64,000 nt of DNA from Amoebophrya sp. A120 (Eukaryota; Protista; Dinoflagellata): positions 2,297,700 to 2,361,699 of the forward strand of contig CAJINV010000006.1 in assembly GCA_905178155.1 (NCBI GenBank). The letters run 5' to 3'. How positions within the stretch are numbered: the stretch's first letter is position 1; every line of letters begins with the position of its first letter. The position numbers and the translations under genes were made by a program. Below, one piece after another: positions 1 to 13,039 of this stretch. The notes under the pieces are model-generated. The model was not told the DNA's origin, made no database searches, and saw nothing but the letters and a program-made list of their open reading frames with translations.

Positions 1-61
1 TTCTCATGCTGAGGAAATTTGTCATGCGATTTATACTAGTACGATGCTTTTGCATTTCATA
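1..61. mobile_element. Introner family A, partial
   Basis: Ends tagtacgatgcttttgcatttcata. Confidence 0.8.
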
Positions 62-2672
62 GTAGAATCCCCTCTTTTTCACTTTTCATGAAATCCTCTT
101 CCGACTGGGACACATCTGGATGAAGCTCGTCATTGGACTTGCCGCCTGCAGCTTCTTCTTGTTCACCAGGTTTCTCCTTGTTTATTTCACCTTTATTTTC
201 ATCATCACCGGTTTTCTGTTCTGCAGGGGTCTCTTCCTTTTTCTCTTCTGCTGCACCTTCATCGGAACCCCCGTCCGCTTTCATCTTCACGACCGGCTTT
301 CCATCTGGCCCGAGAACGTTGCCGTTTTCATCTTTCAACACGGTCGGGTCGTCGTCTGATTCGTATGCATTGCAAAAACCGCATGACAAATTTCCTCAGC
401 ATGACAAATTGTCCTAAAGTAGTATGAACCGCATGACAACCTTCCTCAGCATGAAAAATGGAATAATTTATAGTGCGGATTTACCTTATTTGTAATGCAT
501 GTTTTGCAATGCATAATTCATCCACCGCCACGTCTTTCTCGTCTTTCGCATCCCGCAACTTTTTCCCCGGGACCCACAGACAGTGCGTGTCGTCGTCGAA
601 CTCGCACTCCTTTTTCTTCCGAATCGCATTGTCGTACCATCTCGCCAGATCCACTTCTCCCCCGGGGTTGTCCGGCTCGATCATTTTGAACTTCTGCGGA
701 CACGAATGCGAGGAGAAAATACTTGTGTAATTGCAGTAAGTCTGTAAAATGCAATTGCAAAGCATGCAACACAGTTACACTTGTCATGCTAGCCAGCCAT
801 GAAGTCCTACTATCTCGTCATTTGTCGTGTATTCACCGATACTAGCTGTGCGTGACACGCTTTCTTGTCTGTCATGCAGAGCAGATTTGTCGTGCTGTCA
901 TCCCAACAAGACACCTACTGTACTAAACACAGTTTTTTTCCATCTGGGATAACACGGTTGCCAGTCCTCTGCCTTCACCGGGTCGTGCTTGAACACGTTC
1001 GGATCCTCGTCCTCCTTGACCCCATGGTCTCGGCACGGGACCCAGTTAAACGGGTGGCGGATCCAGCTCGGGCAGGTGTACGGATACTGGTCGCCTCCGT
1101 CACGCCACAGCACGTGGATGCACCGGCCTTGGCCGTTTTTCCCGTCCAGGTTGCAGTTATGAACTGCAAAATTATCGTACTAGTAGTAATTGCAATACAA
1201 ATTAGCCCAGCATGACAAATCGAATTTGTCATGCTGTTTTGCCTTTGGATGGACATTTGTAATGCATGGCTGCGATTACTACGAGTACGATACTTTTGCA
1301 CAGGATAGCAGTCCGTCGTCTCCGGGTCCGTGTTTTGCAAATCGTTCACAATTCGTGCTATGCATTGCAAAATAGTATTATCGGACTTTAGTGGTTCTAC
1401 TAGAGATTCTTGCAAGACAAATTTCAATTTGTTGCTGAACCAACACTGTAGTGCTGCAAAACTTCTACAAGCAAACGCAGTTTCTAGACCGATGAGATAC
1501 AGGCTACGCAGCTTTCTTCTTGACAGAACAAGATCGATGAAATACATGAAGGGTTGTTCTCGTTGCAAGGATTGGCACTTGTACCGCAAAGTACGATATC
1601 GTTATCTTTGACACCGCATACGTGCCTTCTGCCAGCAGAACTCCTTGCTGGTGTCGTCGCACACGGTCTCGAAAATCTTTCCGCCCTTTTTGCCCGTATG
1701 CTATGCAAAAACGTCCCCGCCTCGTACTCAAGATGCCAAATCTGCTAGGCAAATTTCTCAGCTTTGGGCGCTGCGCATGACAAGCTTGGCCTCGTTGTGT
1801 AATCCTGTTTAGCTAGTTCCAGCAGAATCACAGATCTAGCATACCATGCTGCTTCGAGCATCACCAATTCCAAAATACGACTAGCAAATGCTTTTCATGG
1901 GGCCCCACATAAGAAACATTTTTACCTTGCAGATTTGCATGACAACTTCTCTGGGGTGCTGGGGAGGTTTTTAGTACACTGGATAGCCCGGGTAAAAAAC
2001 CCACGTCTCCGTACCGAACAGCATGCGGTAGTTGATGTCGTTCTGGCGCTATGAACTGCAAAAGCATCGCACTCGTATAACTATAAATGCATTACAAATT
2101 TCGTCAGCATGAGAAATAAAATTTGTAATGCAGATTTACCTTAAGAAAAAGATTTGTAATGCATGATTGCAATCCGCGTACGATACTTTTGCACAGGATA
2201 GGCGCGGCGCGTGGGCAATTTGCATCGTGTCCGTTAACCGGTTTTTCCGCAGGAGAGAATCTACGTCCTTGGAGGTGGTCCCGAGGTTGCACTGGGTTTC
2301 GGAAAGCGCGGCGGAACTGTTCTCCTCGTCATCGTCGTCCTGACCAGCATCCTCCAGCGGTGGTCGCGGAATCAAGGAACGGTTTTTTTCCAGGATGAGA
2401 AAAGAAGATGTCTTTGCCGATTTGTCAGATCTTCTACTTGATGGGGCCGAAGCAGAACACCAAGGCGCCAACGGCGCAGGGACAGAAGGGAGCGAGGCAC
2501 TTCTTGATGGGGCCGCAAAGCTTGTTGAACAACTGTTGCGGCCTCGTCTCCAAGTAGTTACGCCACCCGTAGTTGTAGTCCACCTCGGGATCTCCACTTG
2601 AAGATCAGCGTGGTCTTCCGGGACGATAGAAGCCCCCGCGGCGTCTAGAAGATGCCGGGTCAGCCAACCCAT
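62..2672 (-). CDS. Cys-containing hypothetical protein, 3' end runs off the window; 6 introner introns plus a partial one
   Basis: Removing the elements at 2050, 1697, 1359, 1158, 705 and 364 (each plus 5 nt) gives one ORF: MGWLTRH...HAPR|QNDINYRMLFGTETWVFYPG|KKGGKIFETVCDD...QKAR|IVNDLQ...TTDC|NLDGKNGQGRC...WQPC|PQKFK...AVDE|SDDDP...EGILL. Confidence 0.75.
364..515. mobile_element. Introner, A-like
   Basis: TIR tatgcattgcaaaa; TSD attcg/attca. Confidence 0.85.
705..951. mobile_element. Introner family G, degenerate
   Basis: AAT..ATA; TSD acacg. Confidence 0.8.
1158..1307. mobile_element. Introner family A
   Basis: TSD gcagt. Confidence 0.9.
1359..1620. mobile_element. Introner, degenerate TIR
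   Basis: TAT..ATA; TSD cgtgc. Confidence 0.8.
1697..1985. mobile_element. Introner family F
   Basis: aaaaacgtcccc TIR; TSD gcccg. Confidence 0.85.
2050..2200. mobile_element. Introner family A
   Basis: TSD ggcgc. Confidence 0.9.
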
Positions 2673-3251
2673 ATTTTTGATCGGGATGTTTGACGATTTA
2701 CGTATTCTAATTTTGTTTCCGTACTAGGGTTAGATTTAGAACAATATCCGTATCGATTGATCTACTGCTGCTTCCTCGCGTCGCGTACTTGTATCGATCT
2801 TCCGGAAGTAGAATGAAACACGACGAAAATTGGCTGGTTTAGGAACTACAAATAAGACGAACACCGGCTTCCGATCGGGCGAAACTAGCGAGTAGTAGAC
2901 TGAGCTATTGGAGCTACTAATTAGTACTAGTACACCACGTGCCGAATTGGAATTACTCTACGTCTTGCTCGTGGAGGTCCCTCATTTCCTCGAATAGTTC
3001 CCTCATCAAGTGACACACGATTTCGAGCTCGACAAAGAACTTCTGTGGTCGAAGTTCTAGAAACAACTTTTACTTTAGTACAACACTTGTTTTCGGTTGT
3101 CATAGTGGTCTCATCGTCATAATCTTGATCATAATCTTCTGATGATCGATCTATCAAAAATCAAAAATTCTGTAAAATTCATCGTCTTTAGCCAGGGGAG
3201 CACAACTGCATCTGCACCTGAGTGTGCTTTCGTTCCATTCATTCTGTTTAT

Positions 3252-6200
3252 TCAAAAATAATTCAGCAACGCCTGCTTTCGCTGCTCAGCCGCGTCTGCA
3301 GAATGATCGTCCAATTTTGTTTGGAGGTGGCCCTTTCTGCTTTCATCCGCTCTACCGGAATTCAACATCGTGGTTTTTGCGGCTCCTGCCGCCGCAGTTG
3401 TTCCAGCGCTAGCTGCTTTCTCACCCTCACTCCCGGAGTTTAACCTGATCTTTTTCTCTACTGGTGCTTGTTCACCTCGGCCTCGCGAGGTTGTTGTACA
3501 ACTTTTCGGATCCTGTAAAAGCAACTCCTGCTGTCGTGCCTTTTTCACGGTCGTCGCGATGGTGCGCAGGGGCAATGCTGTTGAAATAAGTGAAGTCCCT
3601 GGTGGTGGTGCTGGCGCGCCGCCACTGCTACTTATACTCGCAGACGCTGTAGTGGAAGTCGCAGATGAATCCATGATGTGCGCGAAAGAACTGGTTCCCC
3701 TCTCAACATCTGTGGTTCCTCGACGTTCCCCTGACGATGTTGAACTAGCTGCCGTGTCGTGGCTACTAGTACTGGGGCCGCTGTTGATGTTGTACCCATC
3801 ACGACCATTCTGTTCCTCACAACTCCTGCTTTGAAATAGATGCTGTTCCTCCTCCCCCTCCTGCTGTAGTTTCTTCGCCACCGTCGTTTTGATTCTCGGA
3901 ATCATATCGAAAATTTTCGAGCCAAAATCTTCGAAACTTGGAAACGAAGTCGCTGCAATATGATTTTTAAATCCATTCTCTTCTTGATCATTAGGCTGCT
4001 GTACACCAGCGACCGGAGTCGAGGCCACACTGTGTTCAGTGCCACTCCTTTCCTTGCTTGACGAAGACTTTTTCTTTTTCTTCTTTTCCGCCCTGCTTGA
4101 TGTTCGCTTACGTGGTTTTTCTGCCTGGGTTGTAGTTTCTTCGGCCAACAACAACTCATGATCATCGGCTTTAGTATTCATCTCGGAAGTTCTCGATGAT
4201 TTTCTGCTTTTCTTTTCTTTACTGGACTTTCTATGGCGGCGGTGGGGGGCGGGTTCCTCGTCTTTGCTATCATGTTGCCCTGTGCCACCTCGATGGACCA
4301 TGGAGTGACGCGCCAGGTGGTCTGACAGTACCGATTCACTTTCACAGCCTTGGGCTTGGCGTCGACGTGGGTCGTGGATTAGTTGCTGTTTTTGTGCAAC
4401 TGCAAGTTTGTCATGCTCCACGTCCTCTTCGTCAACATCATGCGCACCATGGTGCTTCACCTCAACATTAGAAATCGGCGCGGATGTATTAAACATCATG
4501 CTCTCAGCAGCCGCTTTGTTTGACGCTGCGGAAGGCGAAGGTCGTTGGTACAACTTCTCCGTTGTTGTATTATCGCTGCTTACTTTTCTGGACGACGACG
4601 ATGAAGCCGGTACAACTCCTAATAAGTTTAGCGAAGTTTGTTGATGCTGGTCGTTATGGGAATCAACATTCGCTCGTCCTCCTCCTCCTCCTTCTAGATG
4701 ATGATCTGTAAATTGATCGTGTTCCAAGGATCCCAGCCTGCTGCTTCTACTCCCCGAAATCTTAACCTTCCTTGTGTTGAGAAGCGTTGTAGAAGCAGCC
4801 ACCGGGGGCACAACCCCACCGCTGCTCTTCCTCGTGTTTTGATCCAGTTCTGACGTCGAGCTGAAATTCAGCGGCTGTATAGGGGTTGTGGCACCACCAG
4901 CTTCAGATCCGGACAGAAATTGATCCAACGGACTGGGTGCGGCTCTACTCCCGCTCCCAGAAGCCGGCGCGACTGCCGGTCGTGTTTCTGCACGTTCGTG
5001 TTTGCTCATGTCCCCAGTATTTCTTCGCCTAGTCGACGTGTGGTCGGAGGAAATAAAGCTTTGCGCCGAGCTGCTGCTGACACTGATGCGCGGTCCAGGT
5101 ACTCCACCAACGTCGGAAAGGACATAAGAACCCGGGGAGTGTCTGGCCGCTTTGGGGCGGATGAAATTTGAATCTCGTTCCTCATCGAAGTTCAATTTAT
5201 TCTCTCCAGCAACTTCAGTCTTGTTTTCCAAAGACCACGACGACGAAGCTGGTTTCATTTCCCCTAAGGTCGAGGACATTGTGCAGGAGGGTTTTCGTGA
5301 TGCTGGAGGATCATGTGCAGCAGATGACAAGGAATCACGACCATAAAGCGTATCCTGTGCAAAAGTATCGCACTCGTATTGTAATCATGCATTTACAAAT
5401 CGTTCTCTTAAGGTAAATCAGCATTACAAATTTTATCTCTCACGCTGAGAAAATAATTTGTAATGCATTTATACGAGTACGATACTTTTGCAATCCATAA
5501 AGCGAGGAAGAAGACAAAACTGATGTGGTCAATGGTGTCGCACTTGTTGAAGCAAAACTTAAGCCCGTCGCACTACTTGCGGAAGTAGATGCGGAGGAAG
5601 AAGCAGCTCCGGAACAATTTTTGAAGGTTTGATTCGACATAATTCGGGGCTCCGGGCGAAATACAACAGCACCTGCACCGCTGGGGAGGACATTCCCACT
5701 TCGCCTGAATTTGTTCAGCATTTTCGACGACGTGCCTTTATTTTTGACGCGCCTGCTTCTTTCAAAAGCCGAGATTCCACCAGCCGAAAACTCTTCGGAA
5801 ACGTAATTTGCACCCAGCTCCGACTGCTGTTCATCTTCGTCTTCATCATCAAAAATCTGGTTCTGATTGTGGTTATAACCTCGTCCTCTGTCATGATAGT
5901 TGCTTTCTTCCTCTGATGTAGTTGACGTTGACGCGCCGTCGACGTCGTGTCGAAATCGAGCATGGATCTTTCGTCGCTCTTCCTTCGGAGTCACCTGGAT
6001 CCTCGCCCGGGCGCTGCGTAGAGGGGCGGGCGGGGACTGGAACTCGAACTGGAAGAAGTTCTTCGTAGCATCAACCGACAGCTTATCTTGCCCTCCTCGT
6101 TCTCCATACCGCCCATTATTCAACCCCCCGGAGGTCTTTTTATTCGTACGGCTTGTTCCAGTAGTTTTGCTCGCAGAAGTGATTTTGGTCGTTTTCGACC

Positions 6201-9200
6201 TCGTCTTCTTGCGAGCCAAAAACAAACCAGAGGTGGTGGGCTTCGTGTTGTTAGAGTGTGCTGCAGACCGCGAAGTCGCCCTTGGTAGTTGTCTTTGCGC
6301 GGCGGTGGAAGGACCTGTCTTAGCGGTTGCGGTAGTCGTAGTTCCATTTCCATTAGGTTCCGAAAATAAAGAAGTCCCCGTAGGCCGCACCAAAGCCGCG
6401 CTATTGCAGCTAGTATTCATCCCAGCGCTAGTACCACCGCCAAGCAGCAGCTGCACCACATCGGAGCCGGACATTTTTTGCAGCTCCTCATTGTAATTTG
6501 GACAGAACTTTGACAACAAACCCTTCATATCAATTGTAAAAATGTCTGGGTCTGGAAGAATTCATGTTTGTCATGCTTGTCTGGCATGACTCTTAAATCT
6601 GTCATGCACGTTACCCAAGAGCTCCGTTTTTCTGTGATGCAGAAGCGCAGTTTGTCATGCAGGATAGGCTTCACCTAGGAGCTCAGAAACTTGTCATGCT
6701 GAGCCAGCATTTGTAGCCCCATCATGACACGCCACCCAGCATCACAAGTTTCCAGACCCAGACATTCTTACATTTGATACTTCAGCAATTGGTTCTCCAT
6801 CTGCAGCTGCGAGGCGGACGCGGATGCTGTTGTCGTATTTCTTTGGTTCTCCATCTGCAGTTGCGAGGCGGACGCACTTGCTGTCGCCGTGTTTCTCTGT
6901 TCGTGCATTGCAGGTAGAGGTCCTTGCGGTGGTACAACAGCTACAGCTTCAGGAGGAGCTGCAGGTATTTCCATGAGAATCGCTGCGCTTTGATTTGGTC
7001 GTGTAACTACGGAAGTGTTCGTGCTAGTAGAGTCCATTACTGCGCTGGAGTTGCCCCGCGGGAAATCATGACCCGCTTCTAGTACAACTCCAGGAGCCCC
7101 CGCCGAAGTTTCATTTTTTCCACTAGCAGGAGCAGCTCCTCCAGTGGAGGTCGTGATACCAGAAGATCTCGTAGTACCACCTCCACCTGGTACGACGTCC
7201 ACTGATGTAGTTGGAATTATCGCTGAGACAGTGGAGGAGGATTCTGCTGCAACTGCAGCAGTGGAAACAACTGCAGGAGGCATCTGGTCGGGGTGCTGCG
7301 CAGAAGCTGAAGCGCAAGTGGTTTTTTCTCCTGCAACTTCAGCTCTATTGCGGCCCCGCATGAGAACAAGTTCCGCTTCCCGTTTCTCCAACTCTAACTG
7401 TTTCCTCTCTAGCTCCAATTCCCTTTTCAACCGGATCCGCTCCCGAATTTGCTGTAGCTTTTCCTGAAAACAGCACCCCTGTCTCTTGACCAGCTTCACG
7501 CGTAACACGAACCCGACCAGCCAAAACCAGTGGTAGCAGTTGTTCCTGACCGAAACTTTGTGCTTCGCTTTCTTAGCCCAACGGAAGAGTAAAGGGATTA
7601 ACAGTGTTTTCACGCACGCACGCAACATTCTCGTGCATTTCCTCGCCCGCTCTTGCCGGAATTTTCTCCGGATCCGTTCGCACCACTTGTGAATCCGGAG
7701 CAGGTTTCGCGCCATAGTCTGCAGCTTGTGAAGCAATTTGCGGACCCGGATTTCGCGCAGCAACTTCCTTTCACAATACAAGCAAAATTGCACCGCGAAA
7801 ACGCAGCGGCGGAATTTTTTCCGCAGCACAAAGTGCTTGATCTGTCGCTGCAAGGTTGATTTATCCGCGTTTGCTATCGCGTGCAGGATTTTCTCTTGTA
7901 AAAGCCCGGACTTCAGGAACAGCTTGGAAATACCCAGTTTGAAGAAATCGTTGCTGTTTTTATTACATGAAATCGTCCTAGAACGCTGTTTTTGGCTCAT
8001 CGCACAGGAGCTTGCGTCGCCTTTTTGCATGCTAGCAACTTTTTCTCCTTCATCCACCACTTCCGAAACAAACAACTCGGCAATCAGCTTCGTCGACATC
8101 AAGGCCTCCACGAGTAATCTGGGATCCTGCTCCAGTTCTGGTCCAAAGGAGCAGGTTTTTGATCTGTCACACTGGAGAAGATCAGTACCTCCACTCTCCA
8201 AAGAAGACGACCCTGCTTGTTCTTCTTCGGAGGTTGATATCTTACCAACAAGTTTCTCCATTATACTTGCGTAATTCACCCGGAACGGCCAACCATTTTT
8301 CATCAGAGGAATTAATTCCAGAGTTCCTGACTGCTTCAACTGCAGAAGAGTGACATTGTCGTCAAATTTTCTCGGTTTCGCCTCCAGATTCGGTTTATGA
8401 AATGGAATGACGTCTGGGTCTGGGACAGTGGAACTTGTGATGCGTGTCTTGCATAATTCCTGGAAAATCTGTGTTGCAAGAGGAGCAAATAAAGAGGAGC
8501 TTGCACTTGCTTTGCCATGCAAAAACGCAATTTGTGACGCGTGGTAGGCATCAGCAGGCGTCTTTCAAACTTGTCATGCCTGGCTGCCATTGCAAGCGCT
8601 TCAATCATGCACAATTCAGCATCACAGATTTCCAGACCCCGACATATATGCAATCCATACGGTTTGAAACACTTGATGTAGTGTATCTGGGACTGTTGGA
8701 GCGTCTGTAGCAGACTTTCTAAATCTCGCAGGTATTGCTTGGTAACGGAAGTGGGTTTCGTTGCTTTATTGGAGGAAGAAGCAGTTATGCAGCCGGGATG
8801 ACCCCCCCCTGCTAGGTCGTGTGTCGCGCCACCACATGCCGACAGGCTGAGCGGATGGGGGCGACCACGGGGTTGCTGTGGTTCCGGAGAATCACGATGC
8901 TGCCGCACACTTTCCTCTTGCTCGACGTCCACACCTGCTTCTGTAGTTGTTAATGTTTCTGTCGGTATAATATTTTCAAATAACTGCTCTAGTTCTGGCG
9001 GCATTTCGACCACGTTTTTCTCAAGCCAGTTCAATGTTGAATACTGCACCTCACCGGCGTAGTGGGTGACGATAAAGCTGATGTCGAGATTGTTCTTAAT
9101 CAGGTTTGAGCAGGACTTCAAATCTTTATTGGTCGGCTTGCGGAAGTAAGGAAATAATCCCGATGATCCGGTTGTACTATCACAAATCCGCTTGTTGTTG

Positions 9201-12200
9201 ACAACATTTTCGCCATGCTCCTTGTGCAGAACCTGCAAAACCTCCCTCGTAAACCTTTCGTCGGTGGTCTTCACATTTTTGCGAAGCTGCGAGAGGTGGT
9301 CGTCCAAGGTCCGGAAGCAGGACGCAATCGCGGTGGAGCAGAGATACAACGGAGGTGCAGCTTCAGGAGGATGAAACGGAGCGTCCTGGCCGTTTTTCTG
9401 TTCTTCCACGGACGATAGCGAAGATGTTGCCGAAGATGGCAACATCATTATCCCCTCCTTGACATACAGATCGCGTTCGAAGATGAGGAAATTGTCCTGG
9501 AAAAACGACTATGAAGTGCAAAAGTGTCTGGGTCTGGAAGATTCTGAGACTTGTCATGCACGTTTTGCATGGGCCATGATGTCTGTGATGCATGTCCTAG
9601 CATCACAGAATTTGTGAGGGCTCTGTGATGCCTATTCCGCATGGCAAATGCCCTCTCCGCGTGGCCAAAATTGCATTCCCTTTGCTGCTTATGCAATACA
9701 GATTTTTTTGGAAAAATCCAAATGCAGCACCACAAGTTCGGATTCTTCCAGACCCAGACATTTTTGCATTTGATAACGACTGCAGCCGTTCGTTCGCCAG
9801 GTTGATGCACATCTGCTCTAGCGAATTTTCCGCGAGCTGCTCAAACCCGTAGATGTCCAAAATTCCGATGTATTTAGATTTACTCTTGCTGGTGATGTAG
9901 TTGTTTTTGATTTTGCGGTTGAAATGATCATCATGATCATCTAATACTTCTTCCTCATCTTCGTCCCCTTCCCCACAGCTAAAACTAGAACAATTCGAGG
10001 ACACGCAGCTGCTACTTCGAGACCGCGCCGCAGCAGGCTTGTGGTGTTCGCTTGAAGATGTTTTGTTCTCGTCCGGGATGAGTTTGTCGTTCACGCACTT
10101 TTCCACGATGACATATGTGAAAAGTCTGTTGTACAGCGTTTTTCGCAGGGCGGTGAGACACTGGTAAGCTTGCGTTGCGGACCGGGAAACGGTGATCCTT
10201 TCAGTTTCACCGTGGTGGTCTACAACTTTGGTCGTCGACGTGCTGTTTTCATTCTTTTTAAAGCCCCTGCCAGCGCTGATGCTCATTTCCCGGCTGATCA
10301 GTGCTCTTTCCAGATTTTTCCCGCAGATCCCGAGATACTTCGCCGCCACAGAAATCCCGAGTTTCTTCGTATCAGCGCGGACCTCGATGCTGTTGTCGTT
10401 GGTTTTGTTGATGCTTTTGCTTGCGTTGTTGTTCCGGTGTTGTTGTTCAAACGAGTCGCCTGCCTCATCATCATCATCATCATCTCCGCCACCACTAGAG
10501 ACGAATTCCACACCCCCCAGCAACGCTATTCCCTTCAAAAAATCCCAGACTTTCATGGTCTCAAAGTCTTTTTCCAGGTTCAAAACCTTCATCGCTTCCT
10601 CAAATTCTTTATGAACTGCAAAAGTACTATCGCACTTGTAGTAATTGCAGTCATGCATTACAAGTATTTTTCTTCAGGTAAATCCGCATTACAAATTTCA
10701 TTTCTCATGCTGTGGAAATTTGTAATGCATTTATACGAGTTCGATGCTTTTGCATTTCATATTCTTCAAAAAACTTCTGATCGATCTTGTCCTCCTGTTT
10801 CTGGACTCTTCGCGGACTGTTTCTGGTTTTTTCATAGTCCCGAAACATTTTCCAGTCTTGGAGCGTTTCGGGTTCGACTTGTTCATTATCGTTTTTATCG
10901 ACGATGCTTGATTTCTTCATATCCCGACTTTTATGTTGATCTTGATTTCGCGAAAGCAAGTAGTAAAACACGTGAAAACTGTATGCAGGAAAGAAACTGT
11001 GTAAGTGTAACTTTCTTGGAGGAATAGCATCACAAGTTTGCTCTTCAGAACACAGAAAACCTGTCATGCGGAGCTAGTATCAGTGAAAACACGTACGAAA
11101 AGAACCTCTGATGCATGTGTCTAGCATGACAGGTGATAAGTGTTTTACATACGTCTGCAACACAAAGTTACACTTACACAGCTTTTTTCTTGGATAAACT
11201 GCGCTCCCCCATCTCGCTGTTCCACCCGCACACCCGGCTATCCTGTGCAAAAGCATCGCACTCGTAGTAATCGCAGTCATGCATTACAAATCTCCATCCC
11301 AAGGCAAAACAGCATGAGAAATTCCACTTGTCATGCTGAGCTAATTTGTATTGCAATTACTGCTAGTACGATACTTTTGCAATTCATACCGGCTGGATTC
11401 CAGCAAATAGGTTTGAATTTTCGCGGTTTTGAAATCCCCATAGGGCTTGTTGAAGTGCAGAGTCGAGAATTTTCCAAACCGGCTGGAATTGCGATTCCTT
11501 AAAGTGGTCGCGTTTCCAAACGCTTCCAGTAAAATGTTCCCCGCTTGTAATTTTTTGTTGTGGTTTTGTACGATTTGGTGTCCGACCACAGGCTGCAAGT
11601 TGTTTCCAGCATGATCGTCCGCACAAGGCTGGTGTCCACCCCCTTGCCCTTGGAGGTAGTCGGGAATAGAAGTTTTCGCACTAATATTCCGCTCCCTCGT
11701 GATATCGCAAGAAAAAACTGTTACAAGTACACACTTGTAGTCAATTTAGCAACACAAATTTCTCTGCATGAGAGAGAAAACTTGTAATGCAGAAATCCGA
11801 AGGGAAAACACCTATGAAACGAGGCTGCCATGCGTATCCGGCATGACAGAGCTTGTCTGTCTTGCTCGTCCTGCAACACAATGTGTAACTGTAAAACTTT
11901 TTTCTAAACCATACGTGAAGTATTCCACGAGAACCTTTGCGGTTTCGGTTTTCCCCGCACCGCTATCTCCAGAGATGATGAAGGCTTGGGACGAAGAAGT
12001 AGAAGAAGCACCAGCGGAACATGTAGCACCTCCTGTTGTACTCTGGTCTACTTCCTCGCCAGTTCTCGAACCAGAAGTTCTTATCCTCGCGTAACTACCA
12101 CTACCCTGATTCACTATCCGCCTGAGAGCAAGTTCCGCCAACACGTGGGGATGCGGCTTGGTTTGTAGTTGTTTAGAAGTGGTCCTGGTCGATGTTCTTG

Positions 12201-12417
12201 TCCCGTCGTTCGTACAACTGATCTTGCAGTACGGATTCACGGCCAATAACACTGCGGAAGAAACATACGTGTAGATCTCGTTTTGCAGATACCGCTGCTT
12301 CAAGTTCTCCAGAATTTGCTTCTCCGAAAGCTCCTCGAGCTCGCAGCAGTCCTGGACGCTGAGCTGCTGCTTCGGAGTAGAGGTGGAGCTGCTGCCTTTT
12401 GCGGATGGTTTCAACAT
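3252..12417 (-). CDS. Unconventional myosin: motor domain, IQ-like neck, coiled coil, long low-complexity tail; ~2488 aa, 8 introner introns
   Basis: Motifs LLAVNPY, P-loop [26 protein letters not shown] and ILDIYGFE. Excision rebuilds YLLESSR|[12 protein letters not shown]|[15 protein letters not shown]|FFQDNF..YVKEGI and HYIKCFKP|NLEAKP. Spliced length 7467 nt (2489 codons). Confidence 0.93.
5351..5499. mobile_element. Introner family A
   Basis: TIR tatcctgtgcaaaagtatcg; TSD aagcg. Confidence 0.9.
6528..6779. mobile_element. Introner family B
   Basis: TIR ...aaaaatgtctgggtctggaa; TSD cttca; close copy at 45353. Confidence 0.9.
8396..8659. mobile_element. Introner family B
   Basis: TSD cggtt. 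Confidence 0.9.
9510..9775. mobile_element. Introner family B
   Basis: TSD acgac. Confidence 0.9.
10610..10761. mobile_element. Introner family A
   Basis: TSD ttctt. Confidence 0.9.
10982..11196. mobile_element. Introner family G
   Basis: TIR ..ctgtgtaagtgtaact; TSD aactg. Confidence 0.9.
11239..11388. mobile_element. Introner family A
   Basis: TSD ccggc. Confidence 0.9.
11703..11913. mobile_element. Introner, E/G-like
   Basis: TSD cgtga. Confidence 0.85.
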
Positions 12418-13039
12418 TTTCAAGTCGAAAGCGGATTTAGGATTCTGCTTTAATGTTGAGTACTCAACAGGGTTTTCCGAACAAAAAAGGCCAAAAAGAA
12501 AAACTTCTTGTTTGAGTATATATAAAAAGCCTACAACTTACAACGGGGGAGAAAGCCACAATATAGAGAAAGGCGATCCGGAAGAACGTAACGGTAACAT
12601 ACAGCCCATGACCATGGAGTTTGATCGGGAAAACGTCGCGCAGAAAGGGTTCCGAGTCGATCTTTCCATCCTACTCCAATTGATGTACAAGCTCTTCGTT
12701 GACAACACGCGACGAAGGGCAGATCACTTGTCGACGAAGCGAGTAATACGAGAAGATGAAGATCTTGATAGAGCAGGATCTGCTGGTGCGATCATTTACT
12801 CATGTAGTACATGTAGTGGTCGGCGCTCCATGGAGAAGCGAACTTCAATCGAAAGCAGCCAACGAGAACGATGACACGACTCCTACAACTCGGAGGTTTG
12901 TTCATCACCATTGATCACCATCACATCGACGGTGGAAACGAACAACAATAACTGATGGAAAGAAGATCGCAACGGCAAATGTCGAGAGCCACGCGAGTGA
13001 GTATGAACAACATGAACGGGTGAGGAGCTACGTAGCATT

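Noticed and set aside
10170-11027. Plus-strand ORFs such as this 285-aa one
   Set aside because: Antisense shadows of the minus-strand genes
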